Below are positions 55,961 through 64,000 of a stretch of DNA of 64,000 nt, one piece after another; the stretch's first letter is position 1, and the number at the start of each line of letters is the position of its first letter. Location: positions 192,001 to 256,000 of the forward strand of contig BTVJ01000002.1 in the NCBI GenBank assembly GCA_045863395.1, written 5' to 3'. Both the position numbers and the translations under genes were made by a program. The notes below the pieces were generated by a model that did not search any database, was not told the origin of the DNA, and saw nothing but the letters and a program-made list of their open reading frames with translations. The DNA comes from Myxococcales bacterium (GTDB lineage: Bacteria; Myxococcota_A; UBA9042; JABWCM01; BTVJ01).

Positions 55961-55997
55961 TTCAGCGTGATGCAGGTGGTCACACCACCAGGAACTG

Positions 55998-56037
55998 CGA
56001 GGCCCCCGAAGCCGCTGGCTCCGGGGGCTTCGTCGTT
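55998..56037 (+). terminator. Hairpin terminator after attR (probable original tRNA terminator, possibly bidirectional)
   Basis: CGAGGCCCCCG..CGGGGGCTTCG followed by TCGTT; convergent gene ends at 56061. Confidence 0.55.
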
Positions 56038-56060
56038 CTGGGCCCCAGGCAGCGCCTCCA

Positions 56061-56501
56061 TCAGGCTCGCGTCGGGAGCGTGACCACCGTGAACCAGAAC
56101 TCCTCCAGCGATCGGACGATCTTCATGAAGGCGTCCACGTCCACGGGCTTCGTGATGAAGCAGTTGGCGTGGGAGCGGTAGGCGCCGAGCACGTCCTCGT
56201 CGGCGCGGGACGTGGTCAGCACCACGACGGGCAGGTGCGCCAGGCGCGGGTCCTTGCGGATCTCGCACAGCACCTGCCAGCCGTCCATCCTGGGGAGGTT
56301 GAGGTCGAGCAGCACCAGATCGGGGTGGAGGGCCGCGTCGAAGGGTGGCTCGTGGCGCAGGAAGGCCATGGCCTCCTCACCGTCGAGCACGTGGTGGAGG
56401 TCTACCCGGATCTTCGAGTCGCGGAGCGAGATCCGCGTGAGCTCCGCGTCCGCCGGGTTGTCCTCGACGAGCAGCACCGTGGCCATGCGCGCTTGGGTCA
56501 T
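56061..56501 (-). CDS. Single-domain response regulator (Rcp1-like)
   Basis: LLVEDN..D, PDLVLLDLNLPRMDG, LTTS, ITKP, FWF tail; ATGA overlap with the kinase. Confidence 0.92.
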   Translation of the reverse strand: MTQARMATVLLVEDNPADAELTRISLRDSKIRVDLHHVLDGEEAMAFLRHEPPFDAALHPDLVLLDLNLPRMDGWQVLCEIRKDPRLAHLPVVVLTTSRADEDVLGAYRSHANCFITKPVDVDAFMKIVRSLEEFWFTVVTLPTRA

Positions 56502-58126
56502 CGCTGTGCCTCCCTCGGCAGCGTGAAGCTGAACGTCGCGCCCTCCCCGGGCGCGGAGCGCGCCCAGATCCTGCCGCCATGCTCCTCCACGATGCGGCGG
56601 CACACCGCGAGGCCGATGCCGCACCCCGGGTAGGCGCCCACATGGTGGAGCCGCTTGAAGATCCCGAAGATCTGTTCGGCGTAGCGCTGGTGGAAGCCGA
56701 CGCCGTTGTCGGCGACGTCGACCTGCCACGAGTCACCGACCAGGCGGGCAGACACGCGGATCACCGGCGGGTGCTCCGGGCGGCGGAACTTGACGGCGTT
56801 GGACACCAGGTTCTGGAGGAGCTGGCGCAGCAGGCTGTGATCGCCCTCCACCGTGGGGAGCGCGTCTGCTTCCAGCCGCGCTCCGGCCTGGTGGATCGCT
56901 CCCCGGAGGCTCTCCTGCACGTCGCGGAGCACCTCGGAGAGGTCCACGGGGGCACGCTGCCCCTGGGAGGCGCCGACGCGCGAGAGCTCCAGCAAGCCGT
57001 CTATGAGCTCGCGCATCCGGGCGACACCACCCAGGACGAAGCTGGCATAGCTCCGACCACTCTCGGAGAGCGACCCCTCGACGTCGGCGAGGAGGAGCTG
57101 GACGAAGCTGGCGATTGTGCGCAGGGGCTCGTGCAGGTCGTGGGACGCCACGTAGGCGAACTGCTCCAGGTCACGGTTGCTGCGCTCGAGCTCCTTGGTG
57201 CGCCGCTCCAGGCTCTGGCGAGCGTCCCGGAGCGCGGTGATGTCCTCCGAGATCCCGAGCAGGTACGAAGGCGTGCCGTCCTCCCCGCGGAGGGGGACCT
57301 TCTTCGTGTGCAGCCACCGCACGCCGCTCCCCACCGTGTGGATGGGCTCCTCGGGGATGACCAGGACCTCCCCCGACTCCAGCACGCTGCGGTCCTTGGA
57401 CGTGAAGAACTCGGCCTCCGCGGGAGGGAAGAAGTCGAAGTCGTTGCGACCGTACATGGCGGCCCGGGGGATGCCCAGCAGCGCCTCCCCGGCGCGGTTG
57501 AAGCGCACGAAGCGCAGGTCCTTGGCCTCCTTCACGAACACCATGTCCGGGATGTTCTCGACGATGGCGTCCAGGAAGGCGGACGTCCGGCGGAGCTCCC
57601 GCTCGATCTTCTCCCGCTCGGTCGCGTCGGCGATGGCGGTGATCACTCGGGCATCTGGCGTGACGGCGCACGTGCAGGTCAGGTGTCGCTCCGGTCCCCG
57701 AACCGCTGCCGTGGGGCCTGTCCAGGTGGTCGCCTCGGCCGCCACGGCGGCCAGCAGGGGGACCCACGCTGCGCGCAGGCCCTCGGAGGGATTGCGGCAC
57801 CGGGACGTCCACAGATCGTCCTGCGACTCGACACCGAACAGGCGCAGCGCGACCTCGTTGGCTGCCTCCAGGCGGATTCTTTGGAGGATGCCATCGACCT
57901 CGGCAGGGTTGGTCTGGAGCCAGTCGGGCAGCGCGTCGCCGTGTGCCATGCGCAGCGCGCCGAGCTGGGGAAGGATCTGGGAGAAGTCCTCGACGAGCAG
58001 CCCCGCAGGGGCTGCGAGGAACCCCTGGATGGCGGGAGGCGGGCGCTCCCCCACCACGGATCCTAGGGGGGCGCCAAGAGCCGCGCCGCCGCCAGCCCCT
58101 GCGACATCGTGGTTATCCTGGGCCAT
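56498..58126 (-). CDS. Cytoplasmic PAS sensor histidine kinase
   Basis: PAS (ENIPDMVFVK..FNRAGE..G.ND.DFFP); FAYVASHDL.EP; NLVSNAVKF; DNGVG; G.GIGLA. Confidence 0.92.
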   Translation of the reverse strand: MAQDNHDVAGAGGGAALGAPLGSVVGERPPPAIQGFLAAPAGLLVEDFSQILPQLGALRMAHGDALPDWLQTNPAEVDGILQRIRLEAANEVALRLFGVESQDDLWTSRCRNPSEGLRAAWVPLLAAVAAEATTWTGPTAAVRGPERHLTCTCAVTPDARVITAIADATEREKIERELRRTSAFLDAIVENIPDMVFVKEAKDLRFVRFNRAGEALLGIPRAAMYGRNDFDFFPPAEAEFFTSKDRSVLESGEVLVIPEEPIHTVGSGVRWLHTKKVPLRGEDGTPSYLLGISEDITALRDARQSLERRTKELERSNRDLEQFAYVASHDLHEPLRTIASFVQLLLADVEGSLSESGRSYASFVLGGVARMRELIDGLLELSRVGASQGQRAPVDLSEVLRDVQESLRGAIHQAGARLEADALPTVEGDHSLLRQLLQNLVSNAVKFRRPEHPPVIRVSARLVGDSWQVDVADNGVGFHQRYAEQIFGIFKRLHHVGAYPGCGIGLAVCRRIVEEHGGRIWARSAPGEGATFSFTLPREAQR

Positions 58127-58213
58127 GGACCTCCTGACGAGCACGCCACCGCACAACGGTAGCACGACTCTGCAAGCGGTGTCACCGCCACACTGTGGCG
58201 CGACCGTCTGCCG

Positions 58214-59251
58214 TCACGGGAGCGAGGGCGCCGAACCGGCAGGGCCGGACACCCGCGCGTGTCCCACGTGGTCGGCGAGGTGTGTGAGGATGTTCCCCCC
58301 GACCGCCCACACACCGCCGGACTCGTCCGCGCGGATCGCGTGGAGGGCGTGGCGCGGCAGGAGGTCACTCCCGATGGTCCACTGGGTGCCGTCGAGCCGC
58401 GCAGTGAACCCGTCGAGGCCGGAGATCCACACCGGGAGCCCGGGAGCCGTGAAGACCCCCTGCAGGAGCGATGGGGCCTCCGCCGGGAGCGGGACCTCGG
58501 TCCAGGTGGCGCCATCCCAATGGACCAGGGCCGCAGCGCCGAGCCCTCCGACCACCCAGACGTCGTCGGGACCCCGCCCGGTCACCGTGAAGTAGATGGT
58601 GCTCCCCAGGCCGGCGTCGTGGGCCTCCCAGGTCGCGCCGTCCCACCGCAGGATGGTCCCCGCCGCGCCGACCACCCAGACGTCCGTGGGGCCGCTCCCC
58701 CAGACCTTGAAGAGGTTCTTCTGGGCGGACGCGGGCTTGCCCGCGAGGGGCGGGACGTCGACCCGCGTCCAGGCGGCCCCGTCCCACCGCATCACCACGT
58801 CGCCCTCCTGCTCCGCCGCTGGCGCGTCCATCGAGACGCCCCCCACGGCCCACACGTCGTCCGGCGTGCTCCCCCAGACACCGTACAGTGTGGTCCCGGA
58901 CGCGCCCGTGTCGTCCACGGTCCACGAGGTGCCACCCCACCGGGCCACCACCCCCCGGTCGCCGCACACGAAGACCTCACCCCCGGAGAACCCGTGGACC
59001 CACCAGAGCTGCACGTCGACCCCAGGCGGGTCGAGCCGCTCCCAGGTCGCCCCGTCGCTGCGCAGCACGACCCCGCGTCCGGACTCACCGCCGACGATCC
59101 ACACGGTGTCGCCGCCCGTCCAGATGCTGAGCAGCGCGCCGTCGGCGTAGTCGTCGGACAGAGAGCGCCAGTCGAGGGCGCTGTCGGGTGGAGCCTCAGC
59201 CCCGGAGCTGCACGCGGACAGCACCACCACCAGGAAGAGCGCACGGGTCAT
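58214..59251 (-). CDS. Beta-propeller repeat lipoprotein
   Basis: Lipobox LSAC; about 7 repeats of VWG.GP.DVW.VG..G..LRWDG..W. Confidence 0.75.
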   Translation of the reverse strand: MTRALFLVVVLSACSSGAEAPPDSALDWRSLSDDYADGALLSIWTGGDTVWIVGGESGRGVVLRSDGATWERLDPPGVDVQLWWVHGFSGGEVFVCGDRGVVARWGGTSWTVDDTGASGTTLYGVWGSTPDDVWAVGGVSMDAPAAEQEGDVVMRWDGAAWTRVDVPPLAGKPASAQKNLFKVWGSGPTDVWVVGAAGTILRWDGATWEAHDAGLGSTIYFTVTGRGPDDVWVVGGLGAAALVHWDGATWTEVPLPAEAPSLLQGVFTAPGLPVWISGLDGFTARLDGTQWTIGSDLLPRHALHAIRADESGGVWAVGGNILTHLADHVGHARVSGPAGSAPSLP

Positions 59252-59265
59252 GAGTTGCCTCGGGG

Positions 59266-59721
59266 TCAGGGATGCGCACACACGCCATCGTGGCCCCCGT
59301 CACAGGAGGCGTGACAGGACGCACACGCGGAGAGTGTACCGGACTGGAGCACGTCCAGTGAGGGGGAGAGCTCCTGCCACTCCCAGGTGGGTGCCGTGGT
59401 GGGTCGCCTCATGGCCGTGAGGCGGACGAGGCTCTTGCACTGTTCGTCCGCGTACTCGGGCTTCACCAGGACGGCGCCTTCGGGGAAGGGCTCCTTGCGC
59501 TCCTGGTACGCGGTCTTCGCTCCGGGGCTGGCGAGGACGCGGATGTAGCTCAGATCGTGCTCGATGCTGTGGCGACAGTCCCGGACCTCGGGCCACCCAT
59601 CGAGGTCTCCCGTGCTGACGAAGGCCGCTGCCTGCTCGCCGCTCGGGGATCCCTCGTGCGACCCCTCTGCCTCGCACGCTGCCAGGGTGAGCGCCCCCAG
59701 GACCCAACGCGTCCACCTCAT
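59266..59721 (-). CDS. Cytochrome P460-family lipoprotein
   Basis: Lipobox LAAC; PFPEGAVLVK.EY; TAMR; WEW; C-terminal CASCH. Confidence 0.75.
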   Translation of the reverse strand: MRWTRWVLGALTLAACEAEGSHEGSPSGEQAAAFVSTGDLDGWPEVRDCRHSIEHDLSYIRVLASPGAKTAYQERKEPFPEGAVLVKPEYADEQCKSLVRLTAMRRPTTAPTWEWQELSPSLDVLQSGTLSACASCHASCDGGHDGVCAHP

Positions 59722-61028
59722 CAGGGAGCCCTGAGCACCCGGATGCGGTGGTTGTGGGTATCGGCGATGTAGAGGTTCCCCTTGGAGTCCAGGGTGACCC
59801 CATAGGGGCGGTCGAGGAGCGCCTCCGTAGCGGGTCCCCCGTCGCCCTGGAAGCCACGCTTCCCGCACTGGCCTGCGACGGTGGTGATGCCCCCCGCCGC
59901 GTCCACCTTGCGCACGCAGTTGTTGTCCGTGTCCGCGATGTAGAACGAGCCGTCGGAGGCGAGCGCCACGTCCGTCGGTCGCTTGAGCTTGGCCTTCGTC
60001 GCGGGGCCGCCGTCTCCGCCGTAGCCGCCCGTGTAGGCCGGATCGTAGGAGTCGGGGCCGCTGCCCGCCACCGTCCGCACCGCTCCCTGGGCGTCCACGA
60101 TCCGGACCCGGTGGTTGCCCGTGTCGCAGAAGTACAGCGTATCGTCCGCGCCCATCTCCATGCGCCCAGTGGGCGGCGCGGACTGGCTGAAGGGCAGGTA
60201 CATCATGGACCCGAGGGCCGGCCCCCCGTCGCCGCTGTAGCCCTGGGGCTTGGGGGGCTTCTGGGGCTCGCAGGCGGGGTTGTCGGCGGCATCCGCCTTG
60301 CAGACCTTGCAGGTCTCGACTCCGGCCTCGGTGGCGCAGACCTTCACGTGGGTCGGCGGGAGCCAGTCCTTGTCCGGCCCCACGATGGTCACCAGCGTCC
60401 CATCCTGCTCGACGCGCCTGACCCGCTGGTTTGCCTGATCCATGATCAGGAGCCGCCCCGCCGAGTCGAAGGCCGTGGCAACGGGGAGATCCAGCACGGC
60501 GTCTTTGGCTGGGCCTCCGTCGCCGGCGAAGTCGCGGCCGCCGGTCCCGCAGACGCCCTCGATGGTGCCGGTCGCCGGGTCGAAGCGCATGACCTTCGAG
60601 TTGTGCCAGGCGGAGATGAAGACCTTGCCTGCGCTGTCGAAGGACACATGGGTCGGGTGGTTGAGCGAGGTCTCCGCGGCGGGGCCGTCCGGGGCGTCCC
60701 CCAGATAGCCAGTCCCGATGACGGTCTCGACGACGCCATCGCGCACGACGCGGATGCGGTGGTTGTTCCAGTCGACCACGTAGGGCGTGCCGTCCGGACC
60801 GAAGGTCAGGTCCTGCGGCAGGTACAGGAGCACCTCGAAGGGCTCCACGCCGTCATGCCCGAGCCCGGCCTTGCCGCGCCCCATGAACGTGCAGATCACG
60901 CCCGGCGACTGACACTCCGCCGCGGTCGACGGGACGCCCCCGAGCTCGTCGGCGGGCGCCGCGTCATCCCCCTCGCAGCCTGCCAGCACCGCGGGAAACA
61001 CCAATGCACCCATCAGGAGTCGTCTCAT
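59721..61028 (-). CDS. NHL-repeat lipoprotein
   Basis: Lipobox LAGC; repeated GDGGPA..A.L..P....D..G.LYIAD..NHRIR. Confidence 0.85.
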   Translation of the reverse strand: MRRLLMGALVFPAVLAGCEGDDAAPADELGGVPSTAAECQSPGVICTFMGRGKAGLGHDGVEPFEVLLYLPQDLTFGPDGTPYVVDWNNHRIRVVRDGVVETVIGTGYLGDAPDGPAAETSLNHPTHVSFDSAGKVFISAWHNSKVMRFDPATGTIEGVCGTGGRDFAGDGGPAKDAVLDLPVATAFDSAGRLLIMDQANQRVRRVEQDGTLVTIVGPDKDWLPPTHVKVCATEAGVETCKVCKADAADNPACEPQKPPKPQGYSGDGGPALGSMMYLPFSQSAPPTGRMEMGADDTLYFCDTGNHRVRIVDAQGAVRTVAGSGPDSYDPAYTGGYGGDGGPATKAKLKRPTDVALASDGSFYIADTDNNCVRKVDAAGGITTVAGQCGKRGFQGDGGPATEALLDRPYGVTLDSKGNLYIADTHNHRIRVLRAP

Positions 61029-61035
61029 GGTTCAC

Positions 61036-62184
61036 CTACAGCCTTACGCGGCGAATGCGGTGGTTCTCGGAGTCTGCGATGTAGAGGAAGCCGTCGTGGA
61101 AGGCGAAGCCCGTCGGCCGGTTGAGGGCGGCGGCCGTCGCTGGCCCGCCGTCCCCGGAGAACGCCGCCGTACCGTTGCCCGCCACCGTGTCGATGAGCCC
61201 CGACTTCAGGTCGAGGGCACGCACCCGGTGGTTGCGCTCGTCGGCGATGTAGAGGCGCCCGTCGGGCCCGAACGCGAGCTTGCGCGGGTTGTTCAGCTTG
61301 GCCTCGGTCGCCTTGCCGCCGTCGCCGCCATAGCCCGCGTCTCCGGTCCCCGCGACCGTCTCGATGAGGTCCTTGTCCAGGTCGACGCGCCGCACGCGGT
61401 GGTTCAGGACGTCGGCGAAGTAGATGCGCCCCTCGCCGTCGATGGCCAGGCCCCCGCCGGGCTGCGGGTTGGTCCCGAAGGGCTGCTGCATCTTGGCCTG
61501 CAGGGGCGGCCCGTCGTCTCCCTCGTAGCCCTTCTGTTTGGGCGTGCCGGCCACCGTCGAGACCACGTCGTCCGTGCCGATACGCCGGATGATCTGGTTG
61601 CGCTGGTCCAGGATGAACAGGGCGCCGTCCTTCGCCAGGGCCGCCTGGATGGGCTGGTCGAGCAGGGCCTTGGTCGCGGGCCCACCGTCCCCCGCGAAGC
61701 CCGCCGGACCGCCGCAGGTCACGCGCACCTTGCCCGTCGCCGGATCGTAGCGGCGCAGCTTGTGGTTGTGCCAGGACACGAGCAGCATGCTGCCGTCCGG
61801 CAGGGGGAGGAGCTGCGTCGGGTGGTTGAGCGTGACCGCCGTCCCGTCGGCTCCGGCGGGGGTCAGGTCCGACTTGTCCTCGGGGCCGTCGCCCACGAAG
61901 TCCGTACCGATGACGGTCTCCAGGGTCCCCGCCGCCGTGACCCGCCTCACGCGGTGGTTGTTCCAGTCGAGGATGTAGGCATCGCCGGCCTCCGTGAAGG
62001 TCAGGTCGATGGGCCAGTAGAAGTCGGAGGCGAGCAGCGCGTGGCCGTCGCCGTCGTAGGCCGCCTCTCCCGTGCCGGCCCACGTGCAGATGGTCCCGGA
62101 GGTGTCCGGGCACGTCGCGTCTTCGTCGGCGCCGCAGGCAGCGAGCATCGCGGCGAGCGCCACGGCGGTCAGGGTTCGTTTCAC
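61036..62184 (-). CDS. NHL-repeat lipoprotein (paralog of 59721-61028)
   Basis: AAGGAGAGG RBS; lipobox LAAC; same NHL repeats; shared DWNNHR and WHN motifs. Confidence 0.85.
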   Translation of the reverse strand: MKRTLTAVALAAMLAACGADEDATCPDTSGTICTWAGTGEAAYDGDGHALLASDFYWPIDLTFTEAGDAYILDWNNHRVRRVTAAGTLETVIGTDFVGDGPEDKSDLTPAGADGTAVTLNHPTQLLPLPDGSMLLVSWHNHKLRRYDPATGKVRVTCGGPAGFAGDGGPATKALLDQPIQAALAKDGALFILDQRNQIIRRIGTDDVVSTVAGTPKQKGYEGDDGPPLQAKMQQPFGTNPQPGGGLAIDGEGRIYFADVLNHRVRRVDLDKDLIETVAGTGDAGYGGDGGKATEAKLNNPRKLAFGPDGRLYIADERNHRVRALDLKSGLIDTVAGNGTAAFSGDGGPATAAALNRPTGFAFHDGFLYIADSENHRIRRVRL

Positions 62185-62208
62185 GCTCCTACCTCTCCTT
62201 GGAGCCGT

Positions 62209-62745
62209 TCACAGCTCCTCCGCGCACGTCAGGTCGTATCCAAGGGCGGTCACGGCGCCCGCTGGAGCGCAGTGATGCTCGTGACAATGGATGCAGGTCT
62301 GAGGGGAACCATCCTCGAGGACCTTCAGGGTCGTGTCCAGCTTCTGCCACCGCCAGTCGCCGCTGTCGGGTGCGTACCCCGCCGGCTCCTTGCGCATCGC
62401 GGTGTAGCCGACAAGCATCGTGCACGCGTCGTCGTCGTACTCCGCCTTGACCAGGATCGCTCCGACGGGGTAGGGCACCTCTGCTGACAGGCGCGCATAG
62501 GGCTCCTTCGCGAGGTCGTTGACGAGGACGCGGATGTGGTTCAGCTCGTGCTCGTGGCTGTGCCGGCAGTCGCGCAGCTCGGTGTACTGCGTGGCGAAGG
62601 CCGCCGGGAACACCGCGCTGGTCTCTGCGGCAGAGACCGCGGTTGGCTCGTCGCAGCTCGTCACCAGCATGAGCGCCACCAGGGCAGACCTTGACGGCAA
62701 AGACAGCCTCTGCACCGCCGGGCGGCGCTCCGATAGGGGACGCAT
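62209..62745 (-). CDS. Cytochrome P460-family lipoprotein (second copy)
   Basis: Lipobox VTSC; PYPVGAILVK.EY; TAMRK..GY.P..GDWRW; CIHCH; start uncertain. Confidence 0.75.
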   Translation of the reverse strand: MRPLSERRPAVQRLSLPSRSALVALMLVTSCDEPTAVSAAETSAVFPAAFATQYTELRDCRHSHEHELNHIRVLVNDLAKEPYARLSAEVPYPVGAILVKAEYDDDACTMLVGYTAMRKEPAGYAPDSGDWRWQKLDTTLKVLEDGSPQTCIHCHEHHCAPAGAVTALGYDLTCAEEL

Positions 62746-62829
62746 TTGGTCCGCGATAGACCCAATCATACCCGTTCGAACGTCGCGGTCAATAGGGTGG
62801 AACGGAGCCTCGCCGGTGGCCCCGTGCTC

Positions 62830-63219
62830 CTACGGGATGACCTGCTGCAGGCAGAGCTTCTGGGTGCCGCCCTTGAGGGCGCACAGCACGCAGTAGGGAC
62901 CCTTGGGGTCGTCGGGCGTCGGGACCTTGAAGCAGGTGTCGCCGCTCTTCAGCAAGGAGTCCGTGAGCTTCGCGGCGCAGAAGTCATGGAGGGACTGAGG
63001 GATGGTCTTCGAGTCCGCCAGCCCCACGCAGCTCGACGCGGGGAGGGGCTGGAGCGCGTCTTTGGGCGGGAGGTCGCCCGGCCCGATGACCTGTCCCGTG
63101 TCCGCCGGCGCAGGCCCGGTGTCGGCGACGACGGCGGTGTCCGTCCCCCCTGAGTCGCCGGCGCTGTCACAGGATCCGGATGACACCAGGAGCGCAAGCC
63201 CCCACAGAATACCCCTCAT
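62830..63219 (-). CDS. Small secreted/lipoprotein, unknown function
   Basis: Signal with SGSC; Asp/Thr linker; six-Cys domain. Confidence 0.55.
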   Translation of the reverse strand: MRGILWGLALLVSSGSCDSAGDSGGTDTAVVADTGPAPADTGQVIGPGDLPPKDALQPLPASSCVGLADSKTIPQSLHDFCAAKLTDSLLKSGDTCFKVPTPDDPKGPYCVLCALKGGTQKLCLQQVIP

Positions 63220-63237
63220 GGTCCCTCTTGGCGGAGA

Positions 63238-63999
63238 TCAGTTGCAGCTTGTGCCGCACGCCTGGCAGTAGAGGACGCACAGGTCGTCCCACATGGTGGT
63301 GCAGCACGCCCCGTCCCAGTCGTTGCAGACGCAGCTCTGGCACGAGCAGCCGCCGCACCCTGGAGTCACCTTGGGCGTGCAGCCAGCACTTCCGCCGCCG
63401 CAGCTGGTCCCGCAGTCCTTGCACGCCTGGACGCACTGGCTGTCCCAGAGCACCCCGCAGCACTCGGGGAAGACGCTGCACACGCAGGGCTCGCAGGCGC
63501 ATCCGCAGCAGCTCGCGCCGCTGTCCGGCAGGCCGCTCTTGATGCCGACGGAGCAGCCGTCGGGGCTGCACCCGGGGCAGTTGCCGCAGTCCTGCTTGCA
63601 GTTGCCGCACATCTCGCCGAGCGCGCTGTCGCACACCCCGTTGCCGCAGCAGACGCCGCAGTCCTGCGGGCAGTTCTGGCAGTTGTCCGTGGGGGCGTCG
63701 CACACCCCGTTGCCGCAGCAGACGCCGCAGTCCTGCGGGCAGGAGCCGCAGGACTCGTCCCCGAGGCACGTGCCGTCGCCGCAGCACTCCCCGCAGTCGG
63801 CGTAGCAGTTGGTGCAGTTCTCGCCGGTGCTGCACACCCCATCTCCGCACGCCGCCGCGACGCCCTCGCAGCCGAACTGGCAGACCACCTGGCAGGCCTG
63901 GCTGCACTGGGAGTCCCACTCGTTGTTGCAGCAGTAGGGGTCGTGGGCGCAGACGCAGTCCTCGCAGGAGCAGTCGGCGCACCCGGCCCCCTTGAGGTT
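63238..63999 (-). CDS. Extremely Cys-rich repeat protein, C-terminal part (runs off window end)
   Basis: CG(D/N)G.C...E.C..CP.DC repeats and three C.C..CVC....CC...WD..C modules; frame open to the window edge. Confidence 0.75.
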   Translation of the reverse strand, partial: NLKGAGCADCSCEDCVCAHDPYCCNNEWDSQCSQACQVVCQFGCEGVAAACGDGVCSTGENCTNCYADCGECCGDGTCLGDESCGSCPQDCGVCCGNGVCDAPTDNCQNCPQDCGVCCGNGVCDSALGEMCGNCKQDCGNCPGCSPDGCSVGIKSGLPDSGASCCGCACEPCVCSVFPECCGVLWDSQCVQACKDCGTSCGGGSAGCTPKVTPGCGGCSCQSCVCNDWDGACCTTMWDDLCVLYCQACGTSCN

Positions 64000-64000
64000 C

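Noticed and set aside
63628..63742. 46-bp exact direct repeat (63628-63673 and 63697-63742)
   Set aside because: In-frame Cys-rich protein repeat with a 69-bp period; only two copies and no cas genes

Overview
This is a GC-rich bacterial window, most likely from the Myxococcota (TIGR04552-type protein, DUF6209 lipoprotein, Cys-rich and NHL lipoproteins, DUF1501 pair). Bases 1-22.2 kb and 56-64 kb are host genes, including tandem Hsp70-like genes, greB, asnS, two-component genes and a cytochrome P460/NHL lipoprotein cluster. The centre is an apparently near-complete 33.7 kb siphovirus-type prophage in tRNA-Ala(CGC), bounded by a perfect 52-bp direct repeat (22298-22349 and 55909-55960). Its gene order is lambdoid: integrase, leftward early operon, short XRE repressor/Cro switch with GTGCC-N5-GGCAC operators, CII-like gene, primase-helicase with a 43-bp inverted-repeat origin candidate, terminase, portal, capsid, tail and lysis genes. 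The most striking feature is the regulation. I see no Q-like late activator, and the repressor has no self-cleavage domain. Instead, four matches to the Myxococcus-type LexA box sit on predicted promoters of the packaging, capsid and fibre/lysis operons and of the early control region. The phage also encodes a catalytically dead LexA/UmuD (S24)-like C-terminal domain next to one box, and a proteasome-beta/HslV-like Thr protease directly before the first late promoter. My inference is that late genes are switched by host LexA and that the phage carries its own LexA modulators. Other oddities are a minimal PolX, a fibre protein with a signal peptide, a possible +1 tail-chaperone frameshift and a broken ParB gene. 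All product calls come from recognising motifs by eye; no database search was run.
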